Source: Curvularia clavata (taxonomy: Eukaryota). Taken from it: a stretch of DNA of 64,000 nucleotides. The position numbers were made by a program, and so were the translations under genes. Every line of letters begins with the position of its first letter. Within the stretch, counting starts at the first letter, position 1. Shown one piece after another: positions 24,518-36,804 of this stretch. The DNA is taken from contig CP089277.1 of the NCBI GenBank assembly GCA_023920165.1, forward strand, positions 1,364,001 through 1,428,000. The letters run 5' to 3'. The notes beneath the pieces are model-generated. The model was given only the letters and a program-made list of their open reading frames with translations. It made no database searches and was not told the DNA's origin.

Positions 24518-26295
24518 CTATGCCCGAAGTAAATCTTCATCAACCTCCCAGTTATCCCAACTAGGCTTGTCGAAGCCATTAGGTCGTGAGCTGCGCAGGA
24601 AACCGTTCCAATAACCATCAATGCTGACTACAGGCCGAATGGTTCTGACGTTGGCGTTGAAACCCTTACTAAAGCATTCTTGCATGTGACGGTCCTCAAA
24701 GAGCTCTGGATGGGTCCTCCTCATGGTCTTCAGAGCCCGCTTGCCAACCTCATCGACTGAATCGTAGTGTCGTAACTCGAAGAACTCCTTGTCGTGTTGC
24801 TTCTTCAGCTCCTCCATGGTTTGATCGTCGTAGAGACCGAGCTGAAGCAGATATATGTCATATTGAGACAGCGAAGTGCGACCGATGTAGCTTCCACCAA
24901 ACTTTGCTCGCCTATAGAGGCCGACAAGCGCAGCGATGGTGCCCATGCAGCCTGTGCCATAGTCACTCATAGGAAATGGTGGCACAACTGGCTCATTCAA
25001 CCCCATGGCTTGACCTTGTGCCCAGGCTACACCAGTGACACAGTCTGCAATCTGTTGCCAGCCGGGACGTGAAGCCCATGGTCCAGTGTGACCAAAGCAA
25101 TTCTCAGAGATGTAGACCAAGCCTTTACCACGCTTCTTTGCTAACTCAACAAGCTGTTGCGGTCCATATCCAAGACGAGTCAAGCTGCCTGGCCGATAGC
25201 CATCGAGGACGACATCTGCAGACTGCAAGAGCTCTTCAAAAGCCTTTCGATCTTGAGGTTCCTTCAGATTTAAGTCGGTTGTGTGTTTTCCGATGTTGGC
25301 ATCCACTTGAAAGAAGGGTACATCGGACAGGTTCGGCGATGTGACCTTTATTACTTCAGCGCCGTACTCGGCAAGGCCCCGGCCCATTGCCGGACCGGCA
25401 ATGATGCGGCAAAGCTCCAGGACACGGATGCCTGCGAGGATTTGCGGCTTTGGTGCACGTGTTGTTTGAAAAGGTAGGCGAGCCGCGGGGGTGGCAGATT
25501 CCAGGGTTTCGATCTTCCAGGGCGGCTCCTGAATCAGTGCTTGCCCGTGTTCAGAAGCCCGGAAATCATCCCATTTTAGGCAGGTGACACCTGCCTGTCT
25601 GATTTGCTGGTTCTTCTCTTCTAGTTCCTCTACAGTGAATCGTTTGACGTGGTCCTCGATGACCTTGATGCATTCATGGTAGTCTGTCAGGTCCGGACGG
25701 AAGCCTTCTAACCCGACCATGTTCAGTGCCTTGGTCGCCTCGAGGGATCCATGAAGATGGAAAAACTCTCCAGGTCTCTTGGTCTCGTAGAGGTTTGCAG
25801 ATAACCTGCGGTAGAGAATAGACTGGGCTTGGAGAAGGTCGGTGTCTGTATTCGTCAGGGGCACTACTCATATTGAAGGAGTTGACAAGCCTTACCCTTG
25901 AGTAACTTCTTGACTTTAGGATTTGATTTGTCAAGGCCTCCTACAGTTGTGAGATAGGTCGAGAACAGAAATGCGGTTGCTCTTTCAAGATCAACGGCAA
26001 TGTGTCGATCTTTTCGATCATGGTGAAGATCGGCTATGGCAGACGCCACACCCGCTTCAACGGCCTTGAGGGCTGAAATTGCCTCGGTCTGCTTCAACGG
26101 GCTGGGGAAGTACGGAGAACCAGTGTTGGCGGTTGTGAACTTGACATTGGCGATGTGTGGTAGTGACTCCTCAGGGAGGTTGTCCTTGGCTTTTGAGAGC
26201 AGTTGTTCCAAAGCCGTCCTGGTGCCTGACAGCAAGACATTGGCCTGGGTGGCCTCGGTATTCTGGTTCTGCACTGCGCCTAGATAGGGAGCCAT
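24518..26295 (-). CDS. Family III CoA-transferase (CaiB/BaiF), long fungal type (~575 aa)
   Basis: LAGIRVLELCRIIAGP, LAEYGAEVIKV, ADVVLDGYRPG, RPGWQQIAD and PMSDYGTG (candidate catalytic Asp). Intron 25895..25846. Confidence 0.93.
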
Positions 26296-26932
26296 GTTGA
26301 TGTTCCAAAGGAGTACTCTGGCAAGGCGAGGGACGGCAACGGGCCCTTAAGAGTGTGCCGTGGGAGCCATTGCCAGACGGACCGAGACGCCATGGACGGC
26401 CACGGCAGAGGCGTATAAAGACTGTTTAGCTGCATGCCTTTCTCGCTCGTCGTCAGCGGCCGTGGCAATGGGAATAGGCTACCAACCACGAGGTTGCATG
26501 TCAACGGGATGATGCCGAAGATGGATTGGGCCAGGACCAGGACCAGGAAACATGGATGGGCAGCGATCGGCAGACGTCGTACGCTACCCGAGAAGCGGAA
26601 AGGTGCCGGCCCAAGCTTTACTTGATGCTTGGTGACGCCCCCAAGGGGATTGCATCGACAACCTTTCAGCGCAGGACCAGACCATCCAGTCAACGCCGGC
26701 TCACACGCCAGACACGATCCTCGGAACTGCGGAGCCCCTTTTCGCGTAGCATCGGGCGGTGGGGATGCGACCTGCGGGGTGTTGTGCCTTGTCGTTGCCA
26801 TCCTCACCTCGAGTGCATCTTCCGATCACCTCATCGTTCCAGTTCCGTCGCGTCGGCAATGTCCCCAACGGCACAGCGCACTGAAGCCTGCACGTGACGA
26901 CTCCCACCGCTGCCGAGGCGTGTAGAGTGTAC

Positions 26933-29900
26933 ATGATGACGCGACCAAAGGTTCCACCAGGTCCGTTTTCGCTTTGTGTCGGCGGCGCCTCCGTGTCTCT
27001 GTACTAACTCGTGGTTTTGTAGATCAGCGCCAGCGCACGGCGCAAGCATGTGAGAGCTGCAAGAGGCGGAAGCAAAAGGCAAGTCGTGCACTTTCATCCC
27101 AACCCACCAACCACCATGGCAAGCACGATGTCAAGTATCCGCCCAAGCTACTCCTTCTCCTCGGCACAGAACGTCGTCTGAGCCGTGTCTCCCAGCGGCA
27201 CAATGCAGGGAGACATCTGCTTCCATCCCTCCTATGTGTATGCTCAGCCGACCAGGATCGGATGTCTGTACAAACAGACTCGGATTCTCATTAGCCTATG
27301 TCATTCTCCGGACATCATGCATCGAGGCGTAACCCCTTTAGTACATACACACGGCAACGGCTGTACATGTCTTAGTAGAAATTGTTTTGCCGCTCTATCA
27401 GCCCGACAAATCCTCCGATCGACAGAGTCAAAGCTAACTATACCCACAAGTGTAACGGCCTCCAACCCTGCAACACATGCGACAAGGTAAGCACTCAACC
27501 TTAGTCGTGGGCAAGTTTGCTGAAACCGGTCAGCGCAAATTCACATGCATATACACGGACCGCGACCCAAATTCTCCCAATGAGGATAGGCCTCCCGCTA
27601 AGAAGCGCGCCCTCGAAACCGTGGGCGACGCCCAAAGTCCGATGTATGTACATTCTCTTCTCTCTGGCCAAGATAGTCATGGGTCCCTCAGCAGATACTG
27701 TGGAGCGTGTTTTACACCAAAATAGTATTGACACATGACGGATCTACCCTTAGTGGGCCCCTTGGTTTAGTGCTTCGTGATACTAACTCGGCTCCGCTTT
27801 CAGTACAAATGATAACTCAGTGTCAAACACACCCACCAATGGGCAGGCCCACTCCTCACCGTTATCTCTACACCGGCGAACCTCTGCCGCACCTCATCAG
27901 CCATCCCTTGTGTCACGCACGCTAAGTTCGAAGCAAGACTCGCCCTACCCGTCCCCTGCTGCCAATCCTTCAGTGCCTCTAGTGCCAGCAAATCATGACC
28001 ACGAAAGTAGCAAACCCCCGGTGTCAATGGAGACCACCCCGCAGGATACCGGGGATGATGTTGCTGAATTTCCTAGCCAAAGTAGAATGCTACAGGACCC
28101 CACGGGACGCGTGTTATACATCGGCGACGCTGCTACCCTGTCGTTTCTTCAGCTCCTTCGGATGATGGTTGAAACCGTAGCCGGGCCTTCTCCGTTCACT
28201 ACTGATCCTCGCCGCCATAAGATAGTAGAGGGTCAGTTCTCACTACCGCTTGGGTATCAGCACACCCATCTTCTACCCGATGAACGGACGGCTCGCGTGT
28301 TGGTGGAAGCCTTTTTCATCAATACTCATGGGCTATTACAAGTCTTCAATCGTGACCGCTTCTTTGAGAGCTTAGCACAATGCTATTCCGATCCACTATC
28401 GGTTAGCTCATCCTGGCTTTGCTTGCTCTACCTAGTCTTCGCTATTGGGCTAATGATGGCGACACCGCTATCTGGAAGCCCAGAGGCACTCATCATTGAC
28501 AAGCTACGGAGTGAACATCTCGATAGAGCAGAAGCATTCTACTTGAATGCTAAGAACCTGAATGACCCCATGACTGGATTAGAGGACCAAGACTTCTGGT
28601 CTGTCCAAGCTTTGCTGCTTATGTCGGTTTACATGCTGGCTAAGTCGAAGAGAAACACTGCCTTCGCTTTGCTTGGTATGGCGGTACGGTCCGCACTTGC
28701 CCTAGGTCTACACAGAGAGGAGACTATGGTGATTTTCAGTCCGGAAGAGCAGATGCAGCGCAAGGATCTGTGGCGATCCATTTTTGTTATTGACCGCCTT
28801 CTCTCGTGTTCCTTAGGTCGCCCGACTGCTATATCCGAGGATGACTGCTCAGGCGACACTCTCCAACCCTCTGATGGTGAATACAACCATTCATGGGGAT
28901 TCACTCCAAAGACGGTATATGACTACAACGAAACTGGACCCCCCGCCCTGGAAGCTGCCGTTCGAAGTTGCAAGGTGATTGGTATCATCCTGCGGAAAGT
29001 TTATCAAAGACGTAAGATCAGCACCCGGCTTGCGCAGGAGATTTCAGACATTTGCAAAAAGTGGCCACGTGCGTTGACACCCATTCTACAGTGGCGTCAG
29101 GCTGCAACAGCATCGCCCAGCCAAGGGGTGGCTATCCTGCATGTCAATCTGTTTTACTGCCATTCCATAATACTGCTGACTCGGCCATTTCTGTTGTACA
29201 TCCTCAACAAAGAAACACAACGTCAGGTCGAGCAACCGGGAAACAGAGGGCCTCGACCTTTTATCCGTATGGAACGGTTCAGCGAGGCCTGTGTGATTGC
29301 CTCAGTCCACACTATTCTGCTGATACAAAATGCCTTTGAGGCCGGTTATTTGTCCCGCCGTAACCCAGCCGTGATTTACTTTCTCTTTGCAGCTACCCTT
29401 GTCATCCTTGCTAGCGATTTCGCCGGTCTTTATCACATTGATGTAACGGATAACTGCGTGGCGAATGCCATCAATGTTATGAGCTACTGTGCTGAGAGTG
29501 ATCAACAGGCAAGCCGGCTTGTTTATATCCTCAGCTCCTTCCGAGATGTAGTTTCCCAACAGCGTATGCGACGTAAAGACAGCCTGACAGGCAACTCAAC
29601 ACTGCCAAGCATAGCGTCACAATTGTACGGTGTACAAGTCCCACAGCAGCAACCGCAGCAGCAACCACAACCTTCTGGCCCGAACGTCACTGGCCTCGTA
29701 CAACCCACGAATCCTATGGATACCACACCGCGACTCCACCAAGTTCCCGTGCACATTTATCCGGGTCTACATACCACACCACTTAACGATCCGCCACTAA
29801 CAAATCCAATTCCTGGGCAAACACAGCCCCAACCACAGCCTCTATCCAACCAAGGCGCCGTCCCAGTCCCAGTAGCATCGGTCCAGTCCCAGGCAAACAC

Positions 29901-30276
29901 GATCAACGGCCCAGATCAAAATTTCTCAGTACACCTCTCGCCCATCCAGGAGCCGCCACCACTCAACATGGGCGTGCCTTCTCCGTCACACCCTTCGAGG
30001 GCCCCCTCATTATCGACGATGCTCGATCTCTCTGCGTTGGAATCCACGCGCGTGCCGAGCCTGCACAGCGAAGAGAGCGGGCTAGACGAGCAGATTGATT
30101 TCGATACACTATGGGCTTGGCCGAGCAACACGCCTGCGACTGGGAGTCCAAGAGGGGCTGATGGGCCCAGCGGGAAAGCTGGTGCTGGTGTAAATGACAA
30201 GGTACAGGGGATTAGCGATAGTGCTGTACCGCTATTTGGAATTAGCAGAGAGGGGAAGGTCCAAAGGGACCTGTAG
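26933..30276 (+). CDS. Zn(II)2Cys6 transcription factor with fungal-specific middle homology region (~900 aa)
   Basis: Exons 26933-26960, 27023-27078, 27451-27486, 27534-27643 and 27804-30276 rebuild MMTRPKVPPDQRQRTAQA-CESCKRRKQK|CNGLQPCNTCDK|RKFTC. MHR motifs ALALGLHRE and RKDLWRSIFVIDRLLSCSLGRP. Intron 2 (27079..27450) is GC-AG. Confidence 0.88.
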
Positions 30277-30644
30277 GCTGGACGGGGCTGGCACGTTGGC
30301 TTAGGGGGAGAATGGGTTATCTTCAACATGTTTACCGTCTCTGCAAGTAGCGAAGCTTGTACGGACTGGTCGGGTTTATGCTTTATGCTCCTTTTCTCTG
30401 CTTCGTTCCTTCATATTATTTTCTTTGGGGGTTAGTCTTATTGTTTTCCATGTAGCCATGGTAAATTTCCATTCTCATGCATGGATCCCCATGTCACTCG
30501 TGAAAACAATGAACAAAACAAAACGGACAGAAAACACGTCGTAGGACCAATGGTGTTTTTACATTTATGACGAATCGACCGGGGTATACTAAAGGATTAA
30601 ACTGCTCCCAAACTCCTCAAATGCATGCATGTAGTGGTAGTACT

Positions 30645-31233
30645 TTACTCTCGCCACTCCTTGGCGCATTGGGTGCACTATGAGTTATTAGCATAAGCTT
30701 TGCGCACAGCTGGAGACTAGGCGCAACTGACCTTGTAGAAAGCGGTCATAGGCTCATCAGCACTACGAATCTGCAGCTGGTACCAATATGCTTCATGATT
30801 CCTGCACTTCTCGTTTGGACATTGTACTGTTTTCCCGTTGTCAGCGCTCCCTGTCCCCTGCGCTTGAGGCAACAGAGTCCTCGGATGACTTTACCTTCAG
30901 TCTTGTCGACGTTGTCCCAGGCGCCCTTTCCTCCCAGGATATCCTCAACTTCCTTCTTCTTCAAGTACTTGCGTTCGTAGTAGCGCTTGTGGATGACGAA
31001 GTGGTACGGGCAGGTCAGACATTCAAAGCGGTTCTGACCGACAAAATCTTCAGTCGTAGGGTCGCCGGGCGGAACGTGAGAGACGCGCAGCATGTTGCTG
31101 CATGTTGGGCAGACTGGAGTGGTTGCTTGTTAGCTATGACTGGAACAGCTGCAGGAACGGTATATCTATAAGGTCTCGCAACAGTGGCGACACAGATGGA
31201 CAGAAATAAAATATGCCACTTACAAAGTAACAT
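30645..31233 (-). CDS. RPC11: RNA polymerase III subunit C11 (TFIIS-like, ~118 aa)
   Basis: MLL|FCPTCSNML...FECLTCPY...KKEVEDILGG...QCPNEKC...YQLQIRSADEPMTAFYK|CTQCAKEWRE. Introns 31223..31114, 30894..30827 and 30731..30678. Confidence 0.95.
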
Positions 31234-31740
31234 GACGGGCCGTGTGGTTGTGACCTTGCAAGCAAAACGCGATCTCGAAGTCGATGCACATGCGCTTGGT
31301 CAAAAGATTATGGCGGGACCCTGGACGCTAAGGCCGGGATAGGAAAAGTGCGGGGCGGCGAGGACGCAGCCACGCCATGGGCCTTTGGGCGACGGGCACT
31401 TGGGTGGCCATTACTGGGCCGTCTCAGGTAGCGAGGCTTATGCATCTGGTTCCGGGGGTTGGGTGTGAGTGAGAGAGTGTGTGCTGAGTAGGTAGCTACC
31501 TAACTGTGTAATCAACTACAACACTGTCTCGACGCCTCTATCGCAGCTTTTTGGCGCATACGCGAACAACAGCATCCCGCTCTTCACCGCCCTTGGCCCT
31601 GTCACCTTGTTTCCGTTAGCACTTCCGAAGTACCCCGCCAAACAAGTCAACGAAACATTCACGCGTGCCCGTTGCTGTGCCCGACTGTCAGCCACACGCC
31701 CTTGTCCAGTCACTGCGAGCACCCACGGCATTTTCTCAAC

Positions 31741-32399
31741 ATGGCCGACCAAGACGTATGTACATGGTTCAGGCATTCCCAACGCCCAGCGCTGACAGCC
31801 AACTGCAGGGAGCCTCTCCTCGTGAACTCGTTCTGGAAGCCTGCCGACGCAACAACACCGAACTGCTCGAGGAAACGCTGGGCGAGCTGAATGCTGCCGC
31901 CACCAAGTCGGGCAAGAAGCCAGCCGACTATGTCGCGGACATACTGAACAACGCGCGCGATGGCCTGGGCAACGGCTGCCTTCACATTGCTGCCACCTAC
32001 GGAAGCTGTGAGTGCCCCAGGACACAGGCAGCACCGACATGCTAACGCACTTGTCCAGTCGAAGTCATCGACATGCTGCTCGACCAGGAAGGCCTCGAAA
32101 TTGACGAGATCGACCGCATGGAACAGGACACTCCCCTCCACAAAGCCGTACGCTACGTCAACTCGCTCGAAAAAGACGTTTGGCCACACGGCCAGTCCAT
32201 CGTCGCCATGCTTCTAGACGCAGGATGCGATCCCAGAATACGGAACAAGGCGAAACTCAAGCCAGTAGAGTTGGTCGACCCGCGCAACACCGAGTTGAGG
32301 AGCTTGCTGCAGAAGGGAGAGTTTGCTATGCAGGCTGGTGGAGATATCGTCGAGGATGACGACGACGGCCCTGCAGGCAGTGCCAGTGACAGCGATTGA
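31741..32399 (+). CDS. Small ankyrin-repeat protein resembling yeast YGL242C (~184 aa)
   Basis: GASPRELVLEACRRNNTELL, GNGCLHIAATYGS, DTPLHKAVRY, LLDAGCDPRIRNK and an acidic tail. Introns 31756..31808 and 32008..32058. Confidence 0.85.
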
Positions 32400-32805
32400 A
32401 GACAAGAAACATCACGAGAGAACAGGATGGGCATGAAATCATCGTTTGACCTCCATTTGGCCATGGTAGCCAGGCCGTCTTCATTAGAGTTACGGTGTGC
32501 GTGTATATGTGTATGTGTATACCTCTCGTCACCCGCTCCCGGCGTTTGCTATATATCTGAGCATGTCTGTAGAATCAGCTTTGAGCCGTTTCAAATAAAT
32601 AGCACGTAGCCGGTTGATGGGCTCTGTGTCGCCATGACTAGTATCCTTGCATCTGTCTTGTTGGTATCGGGGTGACCTTTGCCTTTCTCCTTGCTTGCGC
32701 GACGAAGTATCCATTTTTGTTTCATTCAGATTCCATTAGACGGCAGCCTGCCTCAGTCTTGTTGCTACATGTCTGTTAGTATCTGCGCTCGAGTACATCT
32801 CTTCC

Positions 32806-33063
32806 TCATGCTTTGCTCACCTCAGGCGGCGGCCCAACAGGCCTGACCATTCTCTCCAACAGCTGCAGCCTTGTCTTCTCGCGCGGCTGTCCTAGTCCTA
32901 TACTCATGTACTGCAGAAGCGGCGGGTGTCCGACATAACTTGAGAGCGAGTCGCGCGCAATGTTGGATGTCCATTCGTGTTTGCTCGTGTCTGCGCTGCC
33001 GATACCGATGTAGCGGGCTTGGAGCGCTTCGAGTTGTTGCTGGGCGCGGAGTTTGTCGGCCAT
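32806..33063 (-). CDS. SF3B5: Splicing factor 3B subunit 5 (SF3b10/Ysf3)
   Basis: MADKLRAQQQLEALQARYIGIGSADTSKHEW...RDSLSSYVGH...MVRPVGPPP; intronless, 85 aa. Confidence 0.95.
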   Translation of the reverse strand: MADKLRAQQQLEALQARYIGIGSADTSKHEWTSNIARDSLSSYVGHPPLLQYMSIGLGQPREKTRLQLLERMVRPVGPPPEVSKA

Positions 33064-33309
33064 GGTTGCGGTATAGAGAGAGGGTCGGGATTAATGTTTT
33101 GAGATTCTTGGTTTGGAGATGTCGGAAGTGTAGTGATCGCCGAATGCGCGAACAGGAAGACAGGGCTTAGTCATGACGCTTCAGCTCAATCGCCGCAACC
33201 GCGCTCTTCTTCATCCCCACGCCTCCACAACACCCGAGTAGTCGCATAAACAGTCTTTTAGAAAATCACGTGTCGCAAAGGCATCGCAAATTAGAATCCG
33301 GAATCCATC

Positions 33310-33870
33310 ATGAGCAACGAAGACACGATAATGAGCAACGCGCCGCTGACACCACGCGACGAGCCCGAACTCACATCACCCATGGTCGACTTCTCTCCTT
33401 CAACCGTGCGCTACGACGAGGCCTTTGAAAACAGCCTCATGGAACTCATCCTCAACCCACCATCTGCACCCTCGCCACGGAAGCCCTCTGAAGAGATTCC
33501 TACAATACCCGCTTCACAACTACCCATACCACTCTCGTCACACCTGCGTACCCATAGTTCCGCCATACCGGGTCTCTACCTCACTCACAAGAACGGATAT
33601 CACACTGGTGGACCCGGCCCATCACCGCATACAATTCAGGAATTTGCAGATCGATTTATCAGGGAGCATAGTATTGAAGATGCGGGGCAGCTGGAGCGGG
33701 TAGTCGAGGACATGGTGAGGAGTAAGCTCGAAGAGGCCAGAGAGCGAATGGAGAGGCGGAAGGAGATTGTAGAGAAGAATAGGTTGGTGGAGAGGGAATT
33801 GGAGGATTTGAGGTTGCAGCGGAGTGCTGAGTTGAGGGTTATGGAAAGGGTCAAGGGGAAGAGGCGATGA
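33310..33870 (+). CDS. Hypothetical protein with Pro-rich middle and C-terminal coiled coil (186 aa)
   Basis: Good start context (ATCATG), divergent from SF3B5, protein-like composition. No family recognised. Confidence 0.7.
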   Translation: MSNEDTIMSNAPLTPRDEPELTSPMVDFSPSTVRYDEAFENSLMELILNPPSAPSPRKPSEEIPTIPASQLPIPLSSHLRTHSSAIPGLYLTHKNGYHTGGPGPSPHTIQEFADRFIREHSIEDAGQLERVVEDMVRSKLEEARERMERRKEIVEKNRLVERELEDLRLQRSAELRVMERVKGKRR

Positions 33871-34948
33871 GCCGTGAGATTCAACTAGGAATAGAAGGAT
33901 GGCGTGAGGGCCTCGAACCGGCATGCGCCTTTGGTGGAAAAGAACCAAATTGGTTGAATGGCGAGGAATTATGATACCCGACATTGCGATGTCACGATAA
34001 GGGAGGGCGTGTTGTCGATTCTTGGCTACAGCGGGACTGTGACGCCGAATGCGTGTGTCTTTGAGTAGCGTTCTCTCTACCTCAATGTTGTAAATATGGG
34101 CCAGTCACAGTATTTGTGATGGAGCTACCAAATTCATATTCATGCAGAAGGCTGTGGCATTTCTGCTAGTATTCCATGCCAGACTAATCCAACATTCGCG
34201 ATCAGCAATATTCGTCAACACCCAGTCCTCCAGGTATTTCTTGGCCTTACACTCAACCACCCCGCTCTCCACTCAGCAAATCATAGAACAAGATCTACAG
34301 ATCCATAACCACAAGCACCACGGAGGACAATGTAAGGACAACATCAATCCAAAGCTATGGCCAATAGCTTCATAGTCCCGTCCCTTGCGCCCTCCAATCA
34401 GCCAACCAACAGGGACGGGGCGGGCAATAACGCCACTCAACTTGGACCCTGGATCTTCGCTGCGTTGCCCGCCTCGGCTCGACTGGGTCACGCGAAACAG
34501 GAGAAGGAGAAAGACGGCATGGTGCACAAGTCTAGCATATCCAATTAACCTATCGTTGTGCTCTTTCCGGATTCTGGAGAGGAATCGAGGTCAAGCGGAC
34601 GTGGGCGTCTGTGTGTTGGCTCAGGTGCGGGGGGATGGTGGGGGGTTAGGTAGCACGCGACGTGAGGTTTTGTTACTCTAACCAGACAACAGAGAATCAA
34701 GTTTTTGAACCTTCCCTCTCTATCTCTGTTTGACTGCTGTAGCACTGGCTTGTTGGCTTGCTGCAATACAGCTAGTAAGCTAAGGTCGCGTGCTACTACA
34801 ATCATCACCGCGACTGCTACTATTTTCGCGATCTGATAGTTATACGCTCTTTCTTTTTTCTTTCTTTTTCTTTCCTCGTCCCCCAATTCCTCATCTTCCA
34901 AGCACACAACAACTTTTCTGTGTTTTATTTCCCACAGTTCACTGAATC

Positions 34949-36553
34949 ATGACTGGGCCATTGGGAAACCTGGCCTGGAGTGGGTTCAAGCTCACGTTTG
35001 GGCTGGTGAGTCTCGCGCAGGTATACACGATAGCAGTGGTCAAGAACGGGGTGCTTTGGGCGAGAGACAGTGCAGCGGAGAAGCGCGAATTGGCTGCTGC
35101 CCAAGACAGGTTCTGGAGTCTGGATCGCGAGCCGCTGCCGGGTTTTAGACACGCATTCTTCGAGACGAGTGCTGGGTTGCGGATACATTATGTTGTGTAT
35201 GAAGGGGATGAGTCGGCCAAAGCGAAGAATGTTGCAGTCTTCATACATGGTATGTGACTTTTTGGGAGACTGTGATGGTCTATGTTTTTGAAATACAATA
35301 ATCTGACAATACTTTCCAGGCTTCCCCGACTCTTACCTTATTTGGCGGCATCTCCTTCAATCGCCCTCGCTCCAACAAGACACCATTCTCGTTGCCGTCG
35401 ATCTCCCCGGCTATGGTGGCTCAGACAGCCTCCCATCCTACGGACCGACCGATATGCTCGAGGCAATGAGCGGATTCATGATCCACATACGCTCACAATA
35501 CGTCCAAGAAGGCAAGAAGACAGTAGCTGTAGCTCACGACTGGGGCGCCATCATTAGCGCTCGCCTGGCATCGGAAGCACATGTGCTTGCAGACCACTGG
35601 CTCATAACCGGGGGCGTGATACCAGGACAAATGGAATCCAACGCGCAGCATAGGATTCTCCTTGCAAAGCAGATGCTACATACCTGGGTCTCGTCCCCTC
35701 TTAACACACGTCTCCTTAAGAACAGCCTCAATGCACTCAAGCCCATCACAGGCCAATTCCGACGCTCCTTCTACATCTTCATATTCGGCCTCCCCTGGCC
35801 CTTCCGCAACGTCTTCTCCACGTTTGGCAACTACTGGTTCCTGCGAATCCTACACAGCCTAGGAAAAAGCCAGCCGGGCAACTCACTCAAGAAAGGCGGC
35901 TCCATTGACCCTATCGAAGCCGCAGAAGCAATGGCCTGTTCCACCGGACCCGCATCCGCACAGCTTCAGACAAAAACAGCCAGTGGCGACACCTACGCCG
36001 CCTCGCTCAACCGCCGCCTTCCCGACCGCGGCATGGCCGAGAAAATCCGGATCTACCGCGAGAACCTCTTTTTCGGGGTGTGGGAAAAGTCGCTAGAGAT
36101 TACAGCGGCCTTGTATAATATTTCTTCCAGCGCAGCTACTGCGGCTTCGTCTGGTTCGGCGGCTGGTCCGCTGGCGAACACAGCGCCAAAGGGCGCCCTC
36201 AAGGCGCCTGCTACGCTTGTCATAGGCCAGTATGAACCCGCGTTTGATCAGCGACTGGCGCTGGAGAATGCTCGAGATTTTTTTGTCAAGGGGAGCCAGG
36301 TGGTTGTTGTAAAGGGTGCAGGACATTGGTGAGTTAACATTGAAACCCCGTGTGTTGACATGCTCGAATTCTTGTCGAAAAATTGGTATGATCGAAAAGA
36401 GTGCTGATGAATTTTTCTTGCAGGTTACAACTTGAACACACTGGACGACGGATTCTCGAGAAGACACTGCAGTGGGCACTGCGTAATGATGCTGCGAGCA
36501 ATGTGATACCCTTTGATACCATGAGCGATGTGCGTGTTCTGGAGTCTTTGTAG
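34949..36553 (+). CDS. Alpha/beta-hydrolase, epoxide-hydrolase-like (~479 aa)
   Basis: FIH|GFPDS, AVDLPGYGGSD, nucleophile AHDWGA and GAGH|WLQLE. Introns 35250..35319 and 36329..36423. Confidence 0.9.
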
Positions 36554-36804
36554 CTGAAGCGGGAAGCGAGGAGGAGAGTTTCGACTGGGCGAGCAAACTA
36601 TTGTTGATGAAAGTATGATGAGTAGGAATACACGCATGTATTTTGTGTCCTTTTTGTCGCGTCATCCAAATACGAGAAGAGATATATTACTCATACAACA
36701 CTTTGTATCTCGACATGATTATAACTTTTCTTGCCTTGCTCGATCTACGAGCTCCATGTGCAAGTTTGTGAAATAACTACTTGTAGCCTGCTGCTTCACA
36801 TACT

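Noticed and set aside
27079..27450. Nested twin-intron (stwintron) reading of the long introns
   Set aside because: No internal intron splits a donor or acceptor so as to regenerate a valid splice site; the simple GC-AG reading fits.
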